64,000 nt of DNA, from contig OY970296.1 of the NCBI GenBank assembly GCA_963716175.1, forward strand, positions 1,312,001-1,376,000. Direction: 5' to 3'. The translations under genes were made by a program, and so were the position numbers. The notes beneath the pieces are model-generated. The model ran no database searches, was not told where the DNA came from, and worked only from the letters and a program-made list of their open reading frames with translations. Below, piece after piece: positions 50,533 through 60,159 of this stretch. This DNA is from an uncultured Armatimonadetes bacterium. Its GTDB lineage: Bacteria; Armatimonadota; Hebobacteria; Hebobacterales; Hebobacteraceae. Each line of letters starts with the position of its first letter. Positions within the stretch are counted from its first letter, which is position 1.

Positions 50533-51718
50533 TGTGGGGACAATGACGGAACACGCTATGTGGTCGTCGCTCCAACGCGGCCTCCGCGCTGCGGGCTTCG
50601 TGCGTGTTCCTGAGCTGGGATACGGAAGGCGCGGCGCTGGCAACATCGTTGTACAGGCCGATAACGCTGACGTGCTGAAAGCGATCACACCAGCCGCTTC
50701 CGGGCAGATCCGCTGCGTCTACATTGATCCTCCGTACAACAATCGCGAGCAGTACACTCACTACGGGGACGCTCTCAGCCATGAGGCGTGGCTCGACGGG
50801 GTCACCTCGCGGCTTGGGTACCTCGCACAGCTGCTGCGTGGGGACGGTAGCCTTTGGATTTCCATCGACGACAGAGAGATGCATTACCTGAAGGTGGCCG
50901 CCGATGAGATTCTGGGTGCACAGAGCTTCGTGACCACCATTATCTGGGAACAGCGGACGACTCGTGAGAACCGTAGAGCGTTCTCAAACAACCATGAGTA
51001 CCTGCTCGTCTATGCGAGGGACCCACTTGCGTTTCGGCGGACCCGTAACCTGCTGGACTTCACGTCGGAGGCGCGAAGTCGCTACAAGAACCCAGACAGT
51101 GACCCGCGGGGACCGTGGCAGTCGGTCTCCGCGAACGTGCAAGATGGTCACGCCACGCGGGCGCAGTTCTACGAGGTCATCTCGCCAAGCGGCAGGCGCC
51201 ATGCCCCCCCAAAGGGCAGGTGCTGGGTCTATAGCAACGAGAAGATGCAGGAGGAGATCGCCAGGAACAACATCTGGTTTGGTAGCGACGGAAATGGTGT
51301 ACCAAGGCGGAAAGTGTTCCTGCATAGCAGGGGCAAGGGGCTTACGCCTCATACCCTCTGGCTGGCATCTGAAGTCGGAACAAGCAAGTCTGCGAAGAAG
51401 CACCTATTGCAGATGTTCCCGCACGAACCCGTCTTCGATACCCCCAAACCGGAGGAACTAATCCATCGAATCCTCCGTATCGGCACCAATCCGGGGGACT
51501 TCGTTCTCGATGCCTACTTAGGTTCGGGGACAACAGCGGCAGTTGCGCACAAGATGGGACGGCGGTACATCGGTATCGAGTTGGGGGACCATGCGATAAC
51601 GCACTGCGTCCACCGGCTTCGACTCGTCGTTGACGGCGAGGCGGGAGGCGTATCCAATCTGGTCGGCTGGAAAGGAGGCGGCGGGTTCCAGTTCTTCAGA
51701 CGGGGTGTGGCTCAATGA
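50498..51718 (+). CDS. Beta-class N6/N4 DNA methyltransferase (Mod-like)
   Basis: YIDPPYN, FDTPKPEEL, DAYLGSGTTAAVAHKMGRRYIGIE; start may be near 50543. Confidence 0.92.
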   Translation: MMQRSSSSVGPSVGTMTEHAMWSSLQRGLRAAGFVRVPELGYGRRGAGNIVVQADNADVLKAITPAASGQIRCVYIDPPYNNREQYTHYGDALSHEAWLDGVTSRLGYLAQLLRGDGSLWISIDDREMHYLKVAADEILGAQSFVTTIIWEQRTTRENRRAFSNNHEYLLVYARDPLAFRRTRNLLDFTSEARSRYKNPDSDPRGPWQSVSANVQDGHATRAQFYEVISPSGRRHAPPKGRCWVYSNEKMQEEIARNNIWFGSDGNGVPRRKVFLHSRGKGLTPHTLWLASEVGTSKSAKKHLLQMFPHEPVFDTPKPEELIHRILRIGTNPGDFVLDAYLGSGTTAAVAHKMGRRYIGIELGDHAITHCVHRLRLVVDGEAGGVSNLVGWKGGGGFQFFRRGVAQ

Positions 51719-52203
51719 GGAGGTATCCGGTCCGCGTCTCCCTGGGCAGGATGTCACCGGTGCTCTTGCCGTTCGGTCTTTCCTCCGACGATCCCAAGGG
51801 TGCAGCTGCCGAGGGTTCGTCGTAGGTTACCGAGCAGCCATGGCCGCCGCTAAGATCCCAGGGTCCGAGCGGCGTCGCGATGCCTTCGGTGTGACATCAC
51901 ATCGACGTGGCCAGGAATCTCCGGGGAGACCTCAGATCGGGCCACGCAGGGGTGGAGCCGTTAGGGCGGTAGGAAAACGAAGGGGCGGGGCACTCGTGCT
52001 GACATACCCCGCCCCTGGGTCTGCTGACTAGGCAGCCCGCCTCATCTTCGCAATGAGCTTTGAGGCGCCGTCTCTGGTCCTGAGGATCTTCAGCATCTGG
52101 TCAGTTGCGTTGTCTTCGAGGGCATTCCTGAGCGCGGGGTGTCGGAGACAGGCCGTGTAGCAGTCGCTGGATGGTAGGAGATCGCCGCTGTTGTCGCGAT
52201 GTG

Positions 52204-52279
52204 TGGTGAGCCGTGCAGGGATCGAACCTGCGACCTGAGGATTAAGAGTCCCCTGCTCTGCCAACTGAGCTAACGGCCC
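52204..52279 (-). tRNA. tRNA-Lys(CTT)
   Basis: GGGCCGTTAGCTCAGTTGGCAGAGCAGGGGACTCTTAATCCTCAGGTCGCAGGTTCGATCCCTGCACGGCTCACCA; 76 nt cloverleaf with CCA end. Confidence 0.97.
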
Positions 52280-52321
52280 ACACAGGCGCGGAGTCCGCAG
52301 CGCGGACTCCGCAGGTCCATC

Positions 52322-52350
52322 AGCCTAACATAGCGATAGCCCAGCGTCAA
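52322..52350 (-). promoter_or_regulatory. tRNA-Lys promoter
   Basis: TTGACG - 17 bp - TAGGCT with TG extension. Confidence 0.6.
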
Positions 52351-52464
52351 GCGAGAGCGAGATCGGTTTCGGGACTGAAGTCCCGAAACACCGAGGGGCA
52401 GGAGGCAATCCGCCTTCGCCGAGGCTTCGGCGGACAAGGCTCCTGCCCAACATGCACTACAAGT

Positions 52465-54012
52465 TCACGGCTCTCCCAGGTCCTCGACGATGCGGGCGAT
52501 GCGCGCGAAGTGACGCTTGAGGGAAGGGTAGAGCGCGCGGTACACGCGATAGTAGCGCTGGTAGATGGCGGAGGCCTGGCGGTGAGGACGGACCGGCTCT
52601 CTGGTGCGGACGGTGGCGGCGCAGGCGGAGGGCACGTCGGGCCAGAGGCCGGCCGCCACTCCGCCCAGGAGGGCGGCGCCGAAGGCCGCGCCCTCGTCAA
52701 TCGCCATGCCCACCAGCGGAGTGCGGAAGACATCGGATTGCATCTGTCGCCAGAAGGCGCTGCGCGCGCCGCCTCCGGTGTTGCGCACTTCGCGGACGGG
52801 CAGCTTCATCTCACGCAGAATCTCCAGCGAATCCCGCAGCCCGTAGCAGACCCCCTCCATAGTCGCCCGCGCCAGGTGGCCCTTGGTGTGCCTCAACCCC
52901 AGTCCCAGGAAGACGCCGCGGGCGCTGGGGTCGGCATGGGGGGTGCGCTCGCCGGTGAGGTAGGGAAGGAAGATCAAGCCCTCGGAGCCGATGGGCGCCC
53001 GCGCCGCCTCGGCGGCGATGATCTCGTAGGGGTCCACCCCGCGCGCCTCCGCCTCCGCTTTCTCCTCTCCGGCCAGGGTATCCCGGAACCAGCGCAGGGA
53101 GCCGCCGGCCATCAGCATTACGCCCATGGCGTGCCACTGACCGGGGACGGCGTGGCAGAAAGTGTGGACCCTCAGCTTCGGGTCCATCCTGGGCTCGCGC
53201 ATGGGGGCGAACACGGTGCCCGAGGTGCCCACCGAGACCGCGACGATGCCCTCCTCGATCACGCCATTGCCCACCGCGGAGCAGGCGTTGTCGCCGCCGC
53301 CTCCGGCGATGGGCAGTCCCGCCCGCAAGCCGATCTCGGCCGCGGCCGTTGAGGAGATGGAGGTGGAAGCGATGGGGGATTCGTAGACCCTGGGGAGCAT
53401 ATCGGCGGTGAGCCCGAGCCCATCGAGCATCACCTGCGACCACTGGCGCTGGGCGACGTTGAGCAGGGAGGTGCCGGCAGCGTCCGAGACCTCGGTGGCG
53501 AACTCGCCGGAGAGCCGGAAGCGGATGTAATCCTTGGGCAATAGGATCATCCGCAGGCGCGCGTAAAGCTCCGGCTCGTTGTCCTTGAGCCAGACGATCT
53601 TGGGGGCCTGGAAGCCAGTGAGCACGGGGTTGAGCGTCTCCGCCACCACTCGCTCGAAGCCGATGGTGTCGTGAATCCAGGCGCACTGCGCCGCGGTGCG
53701 CTGGTCGCACCAGAGCAAGGCCTCGCGCAGCACCTGGTGGTCTTTATCGAGGAAGACGGAGCCGTGCTGCTGGCCGGAGAGGCCCACTCCGCGCACTTCC
53801 TCAGGCCGCGCGCCCGAGGTCGTCATCACCTCGCGAATCGCGTCCACCGTGCCCTGCCACCAGTCGGCCGGGTCCTGCTCGGCCCAGCCCGGGCGGGGGG
53901 TGTGCAAGGGGTACTCCTTGGTGGTGCTGGCGACGACCTTGCCGGCGGCGTCAATGAGCAGGGCCTTGGCGCCGGTGGTGCCGACATCAACTCCCAAGAG
54001 GTAGTCCGGCAT
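52465..54012 (-). CDS. xylB: Xylulokinase
   Basis: GVDVGTT, SGQQHG, LLPKDYIR, GGGDN, PYLTGERTP, GGGARS. Confidence 0.93.
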   Translation of the reverse strand: MPDYLLGVDVGTTGAKALLIDAAGKVVASTTKEYPLHTPRPGWAEQDPADWWQGTVDAIREVMTTSGARPEEVRGVGLSGQQHGSVFLDKDHQVLREALLWCDQRTAAQCAWIHDTIGFERVVAETLNPVLTGFQAPKIVWLKDNEPELYARLRMILLPKDYIRFRLSGEFATEVSDAAGTSLLNVAQRQWSQVMLDGLGLTADMLPRVYESPIASTSISSTAAAEIGLRAGLPIAGGGGDNACSAVGNGVIEEGIVAVSVGTSGTVFAPMREPRMDPKLRVHTFCHAVPGQWHAMGVMLMAGGSLRWFRDTLAGEEKAEAEARGVDPYEIIAAEAARAPIGSEGLIFLPYLTGERTPHADPSARGVFLGLGLRHTKGHLARATMEGVCYGLRDSLEILREMKLPVREVRNTGGGARSAFWRQMQSDVFRTPLVGMAIDEGAAFGAALLGGVAAGLWPDVPSACAATVRTREPVRPHRQASAIYQRYYRVYRALYPSLKRHFARIARIVEDLGEP

Positions 54013-54172
54013 GCTCGCGCTCCTTCCGTAGCCTCGCCAAGCACTTTCGCGCCTTACGTCAGAAATCCTCCCCGGCCAGCAGTGGCATCCTCTAGGGCTG
54101 CCATTCTCTTCGGCTGCGCTCGGGACATGCCTATGCCAGCTAGGCCGGGCGTGGGCACGTCCGGCCTACAGC

Positions 54173-55222
54173 TCAGGACAGGCCTCGGACGCAACGAAAA
54201 CCGAGGTTGCCGCCGCGGTTGGCGGGGTCGGAGTAGCAGCGGAAGTCACAACGGAAGTACCTCGAAGTGCCATTGTACCACGAGCCGCCCCGAAGCACCC
54301 TGTAGGTTCCACTTAGGGGTGGCGTGAAGTCGCCCTTAGCGTATCTCTTATAGGCATGCTCATCATACCAGTCCACACACCACTCCTCTACGTTCCCCGC
54401 CATGTCCAGGCAGCCATAGGGGCTGGCCCCGATCGGATACGACCCCACCGCGGCCGGGCCCCCACGAAACCCGTCGTGAGAAGCCACCCATTCCTCAGAC
54501 GCTACGGCCCAGTCCGATGGGTCCGAGTGGGTCTCGCCAGTAATAAGCTCCAAGTTGCGGCACCGTCTCGGGTCCCACGACTCGCCCCAGGGGAACGTAC
54601 GGCTGCCACTCCCGCGCGCCGCCTTCTCCCATTCCAGCTCCGTGGGCAGACGGCGTCCCGCCCACTCGCAATAGGAGCGGGCATCCTCCCAACTCACAAA
54701 GACGACTGGGAATCTCTCCAGGCCGGAGGGGATCTCCCCGCCGCTCCAATGATCTGGCGCGCGATGGCCGGTTGCGCGCACGAACTGGAGGTACTGCGCG
54801 TTGGTGACCTCGGTGCGGCCGGTCCAGTAGCCGGGCAGGTTTGCCTGGCACTGTGGCTGCTGGTCCTTGAATACCTGTCTCTTCTCACCGGCATGTTCCT
54901 TCAGCCAGGCATCAATCTGCGCGTCGCTGGTCCCGAGAGTGAACTCCCCAGGGGCGATGTACACCATCTCCATCCCATCCTTCGGGTTCATCCACACATC
55001 TCCAGCCTGCGGGTTGGCGGGTGGCTTCGGCGTGAGCCAGAGGACGGCGTTGGGGTTGACCGCCGGAGCAGGTGACACGGGTTCGGCCGGCTGCGGGCCA
55101 TTCGGCCTGACCTTCGAGGCTTGTGACACGCGTTTCGCCGGCCGTTCCTCGGCCGCGCAGCCGACCACCACAAGACACAGCACTGCACACAGCGGAACCA
55201 CACAGAATCTGATCTTTCGCAT
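54173..55222 (-). CDS. Lipoprotein with FGE-sulfatase (SUMF1) domain
   Basis: VVGC lipobox, TEVTNAQY, RLPTELEWEKAARG, DMAGNVEEW, GFRC. Confidence 0.9.
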   Translation of the reverse strand: MRKIRFCVVPLCAVLCLVVVGCAAEERPAKRVSQASKVRPNGPQPAEPVSPAPAVNPNAVLWLTPKPPANPQAGDVWMNPKDGMEMVYIAPGEFTLGTSDAQIDAWLKEHAGEKRQVFKDQQPQCQANLPGYWTGRTEVTNAQYLQFVRATGHRAPDHWSGGEIPSGLERFPVVFVSWEDARSYCEWAGRRLPTELEWEKAARGSGSRTFPWGESWDPRRCRNLELITGETHSDPSDWAVASEEWVASHDGFRGGPAAVGSYPIGASPYGCLDMAGNVEEWCVDWYDEHAYKRYAKGDFTPPLSGTYRVLRGGSWYNGTSRYFRCDFRCYSDPANRGGNLGFRCVRGLS

Positions 55223-55277
55223 CGCAGTCCCTCCGCCCATGTTCCGGTGTCTCGGTAGTTTCGAGTGGCACAGACAA

Positions 55278-55412
55278 GTCTCCTTCGCTGAAGCTCCGGA
55301 GACGAAGGCTCCTGCCCAACCCAGCGGTAGGGCAGGTCCGCGACCTGCCCCGGCGGGCATGCAGTCCTGCTTCGCCAACGCTTCGCAGGACAAGCGACAC
55401 GCCCGCCCTACA
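55278..55412. repeat. Cluster of REP-like palindromes
   Basis: GTAGGGCAGGTCCGCGACCTGCCC plus CTTCGC..A.GCT.CG units related to 52398-52452 and 55858-55949. Confidence 0.75.
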
Positions 55413-55953
55413 GGACGGGACCGCGCCGGCGAGGCAGGAAGCTGCTCGGCCAAGCAATGATCTGCAGGGCGAACAGGAGGAGGACGGAGTCGCGGAGGAT
55501 CATGACCCAGCCCACGCGGTCGGTGAAGAAGGGGAAAAAGCAGCCGCAACTGATGTCCAGGCCGCGCAGCATGACCAGGCCGGCGGCGCCGATGAAGAGG
55601 GTCAGCAGGCCGGCAAGGAGCAGGGCGGCGCTCCGCGGCCAGAGGCCGATCACCAGGAGAACGCCTGGCACCAGCTCGACCCAGGGCAGGATGATGCCGG
55701 CGAGGTTGATCAGGTTGGGGTGGAGGATGCGGTAGCCGTAGATGAGGCGGGCGAATTCGTCGGGCCGCAGCAGCTTGGGGAAATCGGAGTAGACGAAGAG
55801 GCCGCCCAGCAGGAGGCGGCAGACGGCGCCGGTGACGGGGTGGGAGAGGACGCGCACCAGGGCAGGTCCGCGACCTGCCCCACCAGTTGGCGGTGCTTGG
55901 GCAGGTCGCGGACCTACCCCACCGGCCGCAGGTTGGGAACCTGCGCTACTCAA
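55408..55953 (-). CDS. MauE/DoxX family membrane protein
   Basis: LPWVEL, ISCGCF, ILRD; N-terminal ~30 aa are repeat-derived. Confidence 0.88.
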   Translation of the reverse strand: MSSAGSQPAAGGVGPRPAQAPPTGGAGRGPALVRVLSHPVTGAVCRLLLGGLFVYSDFPKLLRPDEFARLIYGYRILHPNLINLAGIILPWVELVPGVLLVIGLWPRSAALLLAGLLTLFIGAAGLVMLRGLDISCGCFFPFFTDRVGWVMILRDSVLLLFALQIIAWPSSFLPRRRGPVL

Positions 55954-56504
55954 GGGTGATCCGCCTTCTTCTGCGGAAAGCCGGCGGCCTGCCAGGCCCC
56001 CCAGCCCTGCTCGAAGACGTGGATGGGCTTGGCCACGAGCCCGCGGAGACGGTCGGCAACCTCGACGGCTTCATCACACTCGATGCTCTGGCAGTAGACG
56101 ACCAGGGAAGGCGCGGCCTCTACGCGCTCCACCAGGTCGGGATAGCGGGCCTCGAAGCTCCTCGCGGGGAGGTTCAAGGCGCCGGGGATATGGCCCTTGT
56201 CGTACTCCTGGGCAGAGCGCGCGTCCAAGAAAAGCGAGGCCTTGGCAGCGAAGGCCGCATGCGCCTGGTCTGGGGTCATGGGGAGAAGGCCGGAGGGAAG
56301 TGGCAGCGAAGCGGGCTGCTCGGGCTGAGGCTTGGGGAAGATGGGCAGGCCGCGGGGAGAGAAGTGGTTGACCAGCAGGCCCAGGGCGGCGCTGGCGACG
56401 AGCATGGCCAGCGAGCCCAGCAGCACCGTGGCGAGGTGGGCCTGGCCCGCCTCAGGGGGCCTGAGGCGGCAAGGGTGGAGTTGGCTGATCCACGACTCTG
56501 GCAT
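55950..56504 (-). CDS. Membrane-anchored rhodanese-domain protein
   Basis: FLDAR, GHIPGA, VVYC, GWGAW. Confidence 0.88.
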   Translation of the reverse strand: MPESWISQLHPCRLRPPEAGQAHLATVLLGSLAMLVASAALGLLVNHFSPRGLPIFPKPQPEQPASLPLPSGLLPMTPDQAHAAFAAKASLFLDARSAQEYDKGHIPGALNLPARSFEARYPDLVERVEAAPSLVVYCQSIECDEAVEVADRLRGLVAKPIHVFEQGWGAWQAAGFPQKKADHP

Positions 56505-57192
56505 TGACCGGGATGCGCAGCTCCTTGCAGTGAGGTAGGTTTGCGCGCACGATGACCTGGGCGGTAACGCGTTCCGGCCGGGTCACGGGACCGAAGCGGA
56601 CCTTGAGCCGATAGCCGCCCTGCTTGTCGGCGATGGGCACGAGGCTGAGGACCTGCACCGCCTGATTGTCGGCCCGCGGGTCGAAGAGGCGGAACTTCTT
56701 CACCTCTGCCGGGCGGATGAGCACCTCGCGCTCGAGGGCTTCCCCGAGCCTGACATTGCCCAGGTAGAGCCCGGAGGGGATGATCTCCACCTCCATCTTG
56801 ACGACTCCGCTGAGGGTGAGGGTGACCCTGGGCTCGGCCGGGTCGCTGGAGTCCACGTAGATGTGCTTGCTCACCCGGTCCCGCATGCGCCCGGACTTGA
56901 AGGTTACCTTGATGGCCGCGGTCTCGCCTGGGAGGAGTTCCTGGCGGGAGGGCAGGGCGGCAGTGCAGCCGCAGGAGCTGGTGACCTTCTGGATCTTGAG
57001 TGGGGCGTCGCCGATATTGCGCAGATCGAAGCTGTGGGTGATGCTTCCCTCCTGGTACATGCTGCCGAAGTCGAAAGTGGTGCGATCGAAGTGGATGCGG
57101 GGCCCGGCCGCAGGGAAGGCGGGCAGGGAAGCGAGAGCGAGGAGGACGGCGAGGGCCATGGCGCTGGTGAGCTTGCTGCCAGCTATCTTCAC
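56452..57192 (-). CDS. DUF1573 domain secreted protein
   Basis: FDFG, NIGDAPL, SSCGCT, PGET. Confidence 0.88.
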   Translation of the reverse strand: MKIAGSKLTSAMALAVLLALASLPAFPAAGPRIHFDRTTFDFGSMYQEGSITHSFDLRNIGDAPLKIQKVTSSCGCTAALPSRQELLPGETAAIKVTFKSGRMRDRVSKHIYVDSSDPAEPRVTLTLSGVVKMEVEIIPSGLYLGNVRLGEALEREVLIRPAEVKKFRLFDPRADNQAVQVLSLVPIADKQGGYRLKVRFGPVTRPERVTAQVIVRANLPHCKELRIPVNARVVDQPTPPLPPQAP

Positions 57193-58223
57193 GGTCTGCC
57201 TCCGGCGGCAGCGGCGAAGTGGTCGAACCCCGTGTCCGGCGTCATCGCATTTCCGCTAGCATCGAGGAACGTGACACCGGTCCCATCAGTAATATCACCG
57301 ATCACGGTGACGGCGGTGCCGGTTCTCGCCAAGACGGCGGCTGCGATCTCGGGCGCGGCCGCGGTCGGACACGTGAACAGCAGTTCGTAATCTTCCCCGC
57401 CGCTGAGGGCCAGCTCCAGGGGATCTCGACCCAGCTTTGGGGCGAGGGCGAGCGCGGCGGGATCGGCGGGGACGCGCTGGCACCAGACCCGGGCGCCGAC
57501 GCCGCTCTCCCCGCAGAGGCGAGGCAAGTCCTGGGCCAGGCCGTCGCTGAGATCCATCATGGCGGTGGCGAGCCGGCTCTCGGCGATGGCACGGGCCTCG
57601 GCGAGCCGGGGTCTGGGTTTGTGGTGGGCCTGGAGGGCGCGGGCGAACTCGGGGCTGCCGTCATCGGCGAGCATGTGCTGGCGCAGGGCCAGCCCGGTGG
57701 CCGAGGCGCCGAGCGCGCCGGTGACCAGCAGTGCATCGCCGGGGCGCGCGCCGCGGCGGCGCAGCATGAGGTGCTCGTCTACCCAGCCGGTGAGTGCGAC
57801 ATCCACCACCAGGGGGCCGGGGGAGCCCACCAGGTCGCCGCCGACCAGGGCCGCGCGATACTGGGAGGCGGCCGAGATCAGGCCCTGCGCGATCTGCTCC
57901 ACCTCCTCGGCGGGCAGATCGCCGGGGGCCGCGATGGAGGCAACTGCCGCGGCCGGCTCCCCGCCCATGGCGGCGATGTCGCTGAGATTGGCGGCCATCG
58001 CCCTCCAGCCGATCTGGTCGGGGGTGGCCCAAGCGCGGCGAAAGTGGATCCCCTCGACTACCATGTCGCAGGTGAGTAAGAGCACCCGGTCGCCGCCGGT
58101 ATGGAGCGCGGCCGCGTCGTCGCCTGGGCCTACTACCACATCCGCAGTGAGGCCGGGCGCGGCCAGGGCGCGGAAGCGAGAGATGATCCCGTTCTCGCCC
58201 ACCTGGCGCAGGGGGAGGCTCAT
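57189..58223 (-). CDS. thiL: Thiamine-monophosphate kinase
   Basis: GDDAA, NLSDIAAMGG, DLSDGL, GGEDYEL. Confidence 0.95.
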   Translation of the reverse strand: MSLPLRQVGENGIISRFRALAAPGLTADVVVGPGDDAAALHTGGDRVLLLTCDMVVEGIHFRRAWATPDQIGWRAMAANLSDIAAMGGEPAAAVASIAAPGDLPAEEVEQIAQGLISAASQYRAALVGGDLVGSPGPLVVDVALTGWVDEHLMLRRRGARPGDALLVTGALGASATGLALRQHMLADDGSPEFARALQAHHKPRPRLAEARAIAESRLATAMMDLSDGLAQDLPRLCGESGVGARVWCQRVPADPAALALAPKLGRDPLELALSGGEDYELLFTCPTAAAPEIAAAVLARTGTAVTVIGDITDGTGVTFLDASGNAMTPDTGFDHFAAAAGGRP

Positions 58224-59503
58224 GGCCGACTCGCGGCCGAGGGCCCCAGCAGGGCAAAGACGCAGTAGGGCCCGCACATGGAGCAGGTAGCGCCCTCCTC
58301 ACCCCCTGGCTGATGGCGGGAGCGGGCCCTTTCCGGGTCGAGGGCGAGGCGGAACTGCTCCTCCCAGTCCAGGCTGGCGCGGGCCCGCGCCATGGCATCG
58401 TCCACCGCGCGCGCCCGCGGGCCCAGGCGGATGATGTCCGCGGCGTGAGCCGCGATGCGAGTGGCGATCACGCCCGCTCTCACTTCATCCGCGGTTGGCA
58501 GGCCCAGGTGCTCGGCGGGAGTGAGATAGCAGAGAAAATCGGTGCCCGCCATGCCGGCCAGGGCGCCGCCGATGGCGCCGACGATGTGGTCATAACCTGG
58601 GGCAATGTCGGTGACGAGCGGCCCGAGTTGGTAGAAGGGCGCGCCGTGGCAGAGGCGCTTCTCCAGGACGACATTGGCCACCACCTGATCGAGCGGGAGG
58701 TGGCCGGGCCCCTCCACCATAGCTTGCACGCCGGCGGCGCGAGCGCGCAGCACCAGCTCGCCCAGGGCCGCGGTTTCGGCGAGCTGGGCGCGGTCCGAAC
58801 CATCTGCCAGGCAACCCGCGCGCAGACCGTCACCAAGACTCAAGGTGACGTCGTGCTGGCGGCAGATGGCGAGCAAGTCATCGAAGCGAGCGTAGAGAGG
58901 ATTCTCGCGGCCGTGGTCCCTCATCCAGCAGATAGTGAAGGCGCCGCCGCGGCTGACCACACCAGTGAGCCGACTGCCGTTGAGGGCTAGCTTCGCCGTC
59001 TCCTGAGTGACGCCGCAGTGAACGGTGATGAAGTCAACCCCATCCTCGGCGTGCCGGCGAATCACCCCGAACAGGTCCTCCTCGGTCATGGCGGCGACTC
59101 CGCCCCGGGCCTGGGCCGCGACCGCGGCTTGATAGATGGGGACGGTGCCGACTGGCACCTGGGAGGCGGCAATCACCTGGCGCCTGATGTCGTCCAGGTC
59201 GCCCGCAGTGCTCAGGTCCATCACCGTGTCGGCGCCGGCGTCGAGGCCCGCCCCGAGGCGGGACAGCGCTTGCTCGACCGAAGGATCGGCGGCGGAGGTG
59301 CCGATGTTGGCATTGACCTTGATGCGGAGCCCGGCGCCGATGGCGGCGGGCCGGCGGCGGCGGCGGTTCTGATTCGCGGGGAGCACGATGCTGCCCTCGG
59401 CCAGGCCGCGGCGGAGCTGCTCAGCCGGAAGGCTCTCCAGCTCGGCCGCCAGCTCCATCTCGGGCGACAGTCGGCTCTGTTGTGCGAGTTCGAGTTGGGT
59501 CAC
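58220..59503 (-). CDS. thiC: Phosphomethylpyrimidine synthase
   Basis: KVNANIG, VSRGG, EGPGH, PAEHL, CSMCGPYC; flanked by thiE and thiL. Confidence 0.93.
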   Translation of the reverse strand: MTQLELAQQSRLSPEMELAAELESLPAEQLRRGLAEGSIVLPANQNRRRRRPAAIGAGLRIKVNANIGTSAADPSVEQALSRLGAGLDAGADTVMDLSTAGDLDDIRRQVIAASQVPVGTVPIYQAAVAAQARGGVAAMTEEDLFGVIRRHAEDGVDFITVHCGVTQETAKLALNGSRLTGVVSRGGAFTICWMRDHGRENPLYARFDDLLAICRQHDVTLSLGDGLRAGCLADGSDRAQLAETAALGELVLRARAAGVQAMVEGPGHLPLDQVVANVVLEKRLCHGAPFYQLGPLVTDIAPGYDHIVGAIGGALAGMAGTDFLCYLTPAEHLGLPTADEVRAGVIATRIAAHAADIIRLGPRARAVDDAMARARASLDWEEQFRLALDPERARSRHQPGGEEGATCSMCGPYCVFALLGPSAASRP

Positions 59504-60153
59504 AAGTTTGCTCCTGCTGCGGTGCCGGCCCGCGCCTCGCGGACGGCGCGCAAGAGGGCGGCGGTGGCCTCGGTCATGGACTCAGCCTCGGAGACGGCGG
59601 AGATCACCGCTACCCCGTCGGCGCCGGCGCGGATCACCGCGCCTACATTGTCGCGGGTGATGCCGCCGATGGCAAGTACCGGGAGGCTCACGGTGCGTCT
59701 AATCTCCGCGATGCCGGCGAGGCCGATGGCTTCGCCCGCGTCGGCCTTGGAGGGGGTGGAGTAGATGGGCCCCACCCCCAGATAGCTGGCGCCCTCCGCC
59801 TGCGCCTGACGCGCTCGCGCCGCGGTGGCGGCGGAAGCCCCGATGATCGCCTGGGGCCCCAAGAGGCGGCGGGCGGCAGCGACAGGCAGATCTTCCTCGC
59901 CGAGATGGACCCCGTCGGCGCCCACGGCGAGGGCGAGATCTAGGCGATCGTTGACCACGAACGTGGCTTGGTACTGCCGGGTCAAGTGGCGCAGCTCCTG
60001 GCCCAGCTCCCAGAGGGCGAGGCCCCCGAGGGCCTTGTCCCGCAACTGGATCAGGCGAGCGCCTCCCTCCAGCGCGGCGCGGGCCACCTCGAGGTGGCCG
60101 CGCTGGAGGCGGTCGCAGCGAGCAGTGATGACGCAAAGGTCAAACTCAGCCAT
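59500..60153 (-). CDS. thiE: Thiamine-phosphate synthase
   Basis: QLRDK, VNDRLD, GVHLG, TPSK, AIGGI. Confidence 0.95.
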   Translation of the reverse strand: MAEFDLCVITARCDRLQRGHLEVARAALEGGARLIQLRDKALGGLALWELGQELRHLTRQYQATFVVNDRLDLALAVGADGVHLGEEDLPVAAARRLLGPQAIIGASAATAARARQAQAEGASYLGVGPIYSTPSKADAGEAIGLAGIAEIRRTVSLPVLAIGGITRDNVGAVIRAGADGVAVISAVSEAESMTEATAALLRAVREARAGTAAGANL

Positions 60154-60159
60154 GGTATG

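Noticed and set aside
50498-51718. Type III R-M system
   Set aside because: The MTase is Mod-like but short, and no Res helicase gene is adjacent.
51719-52203. Integrase remnant next to tRNA-Lys
   Set aside because: Only short ORFs with no tyrosine or serine recombinase motifs; a hairpin at ~51981-52017 is the only clear structure.
58220-59503. BzaA/BzaB instead of ThiC
   Set aside because: Context is thiE-thiC-thiL, with no cobalamin genes nearby.
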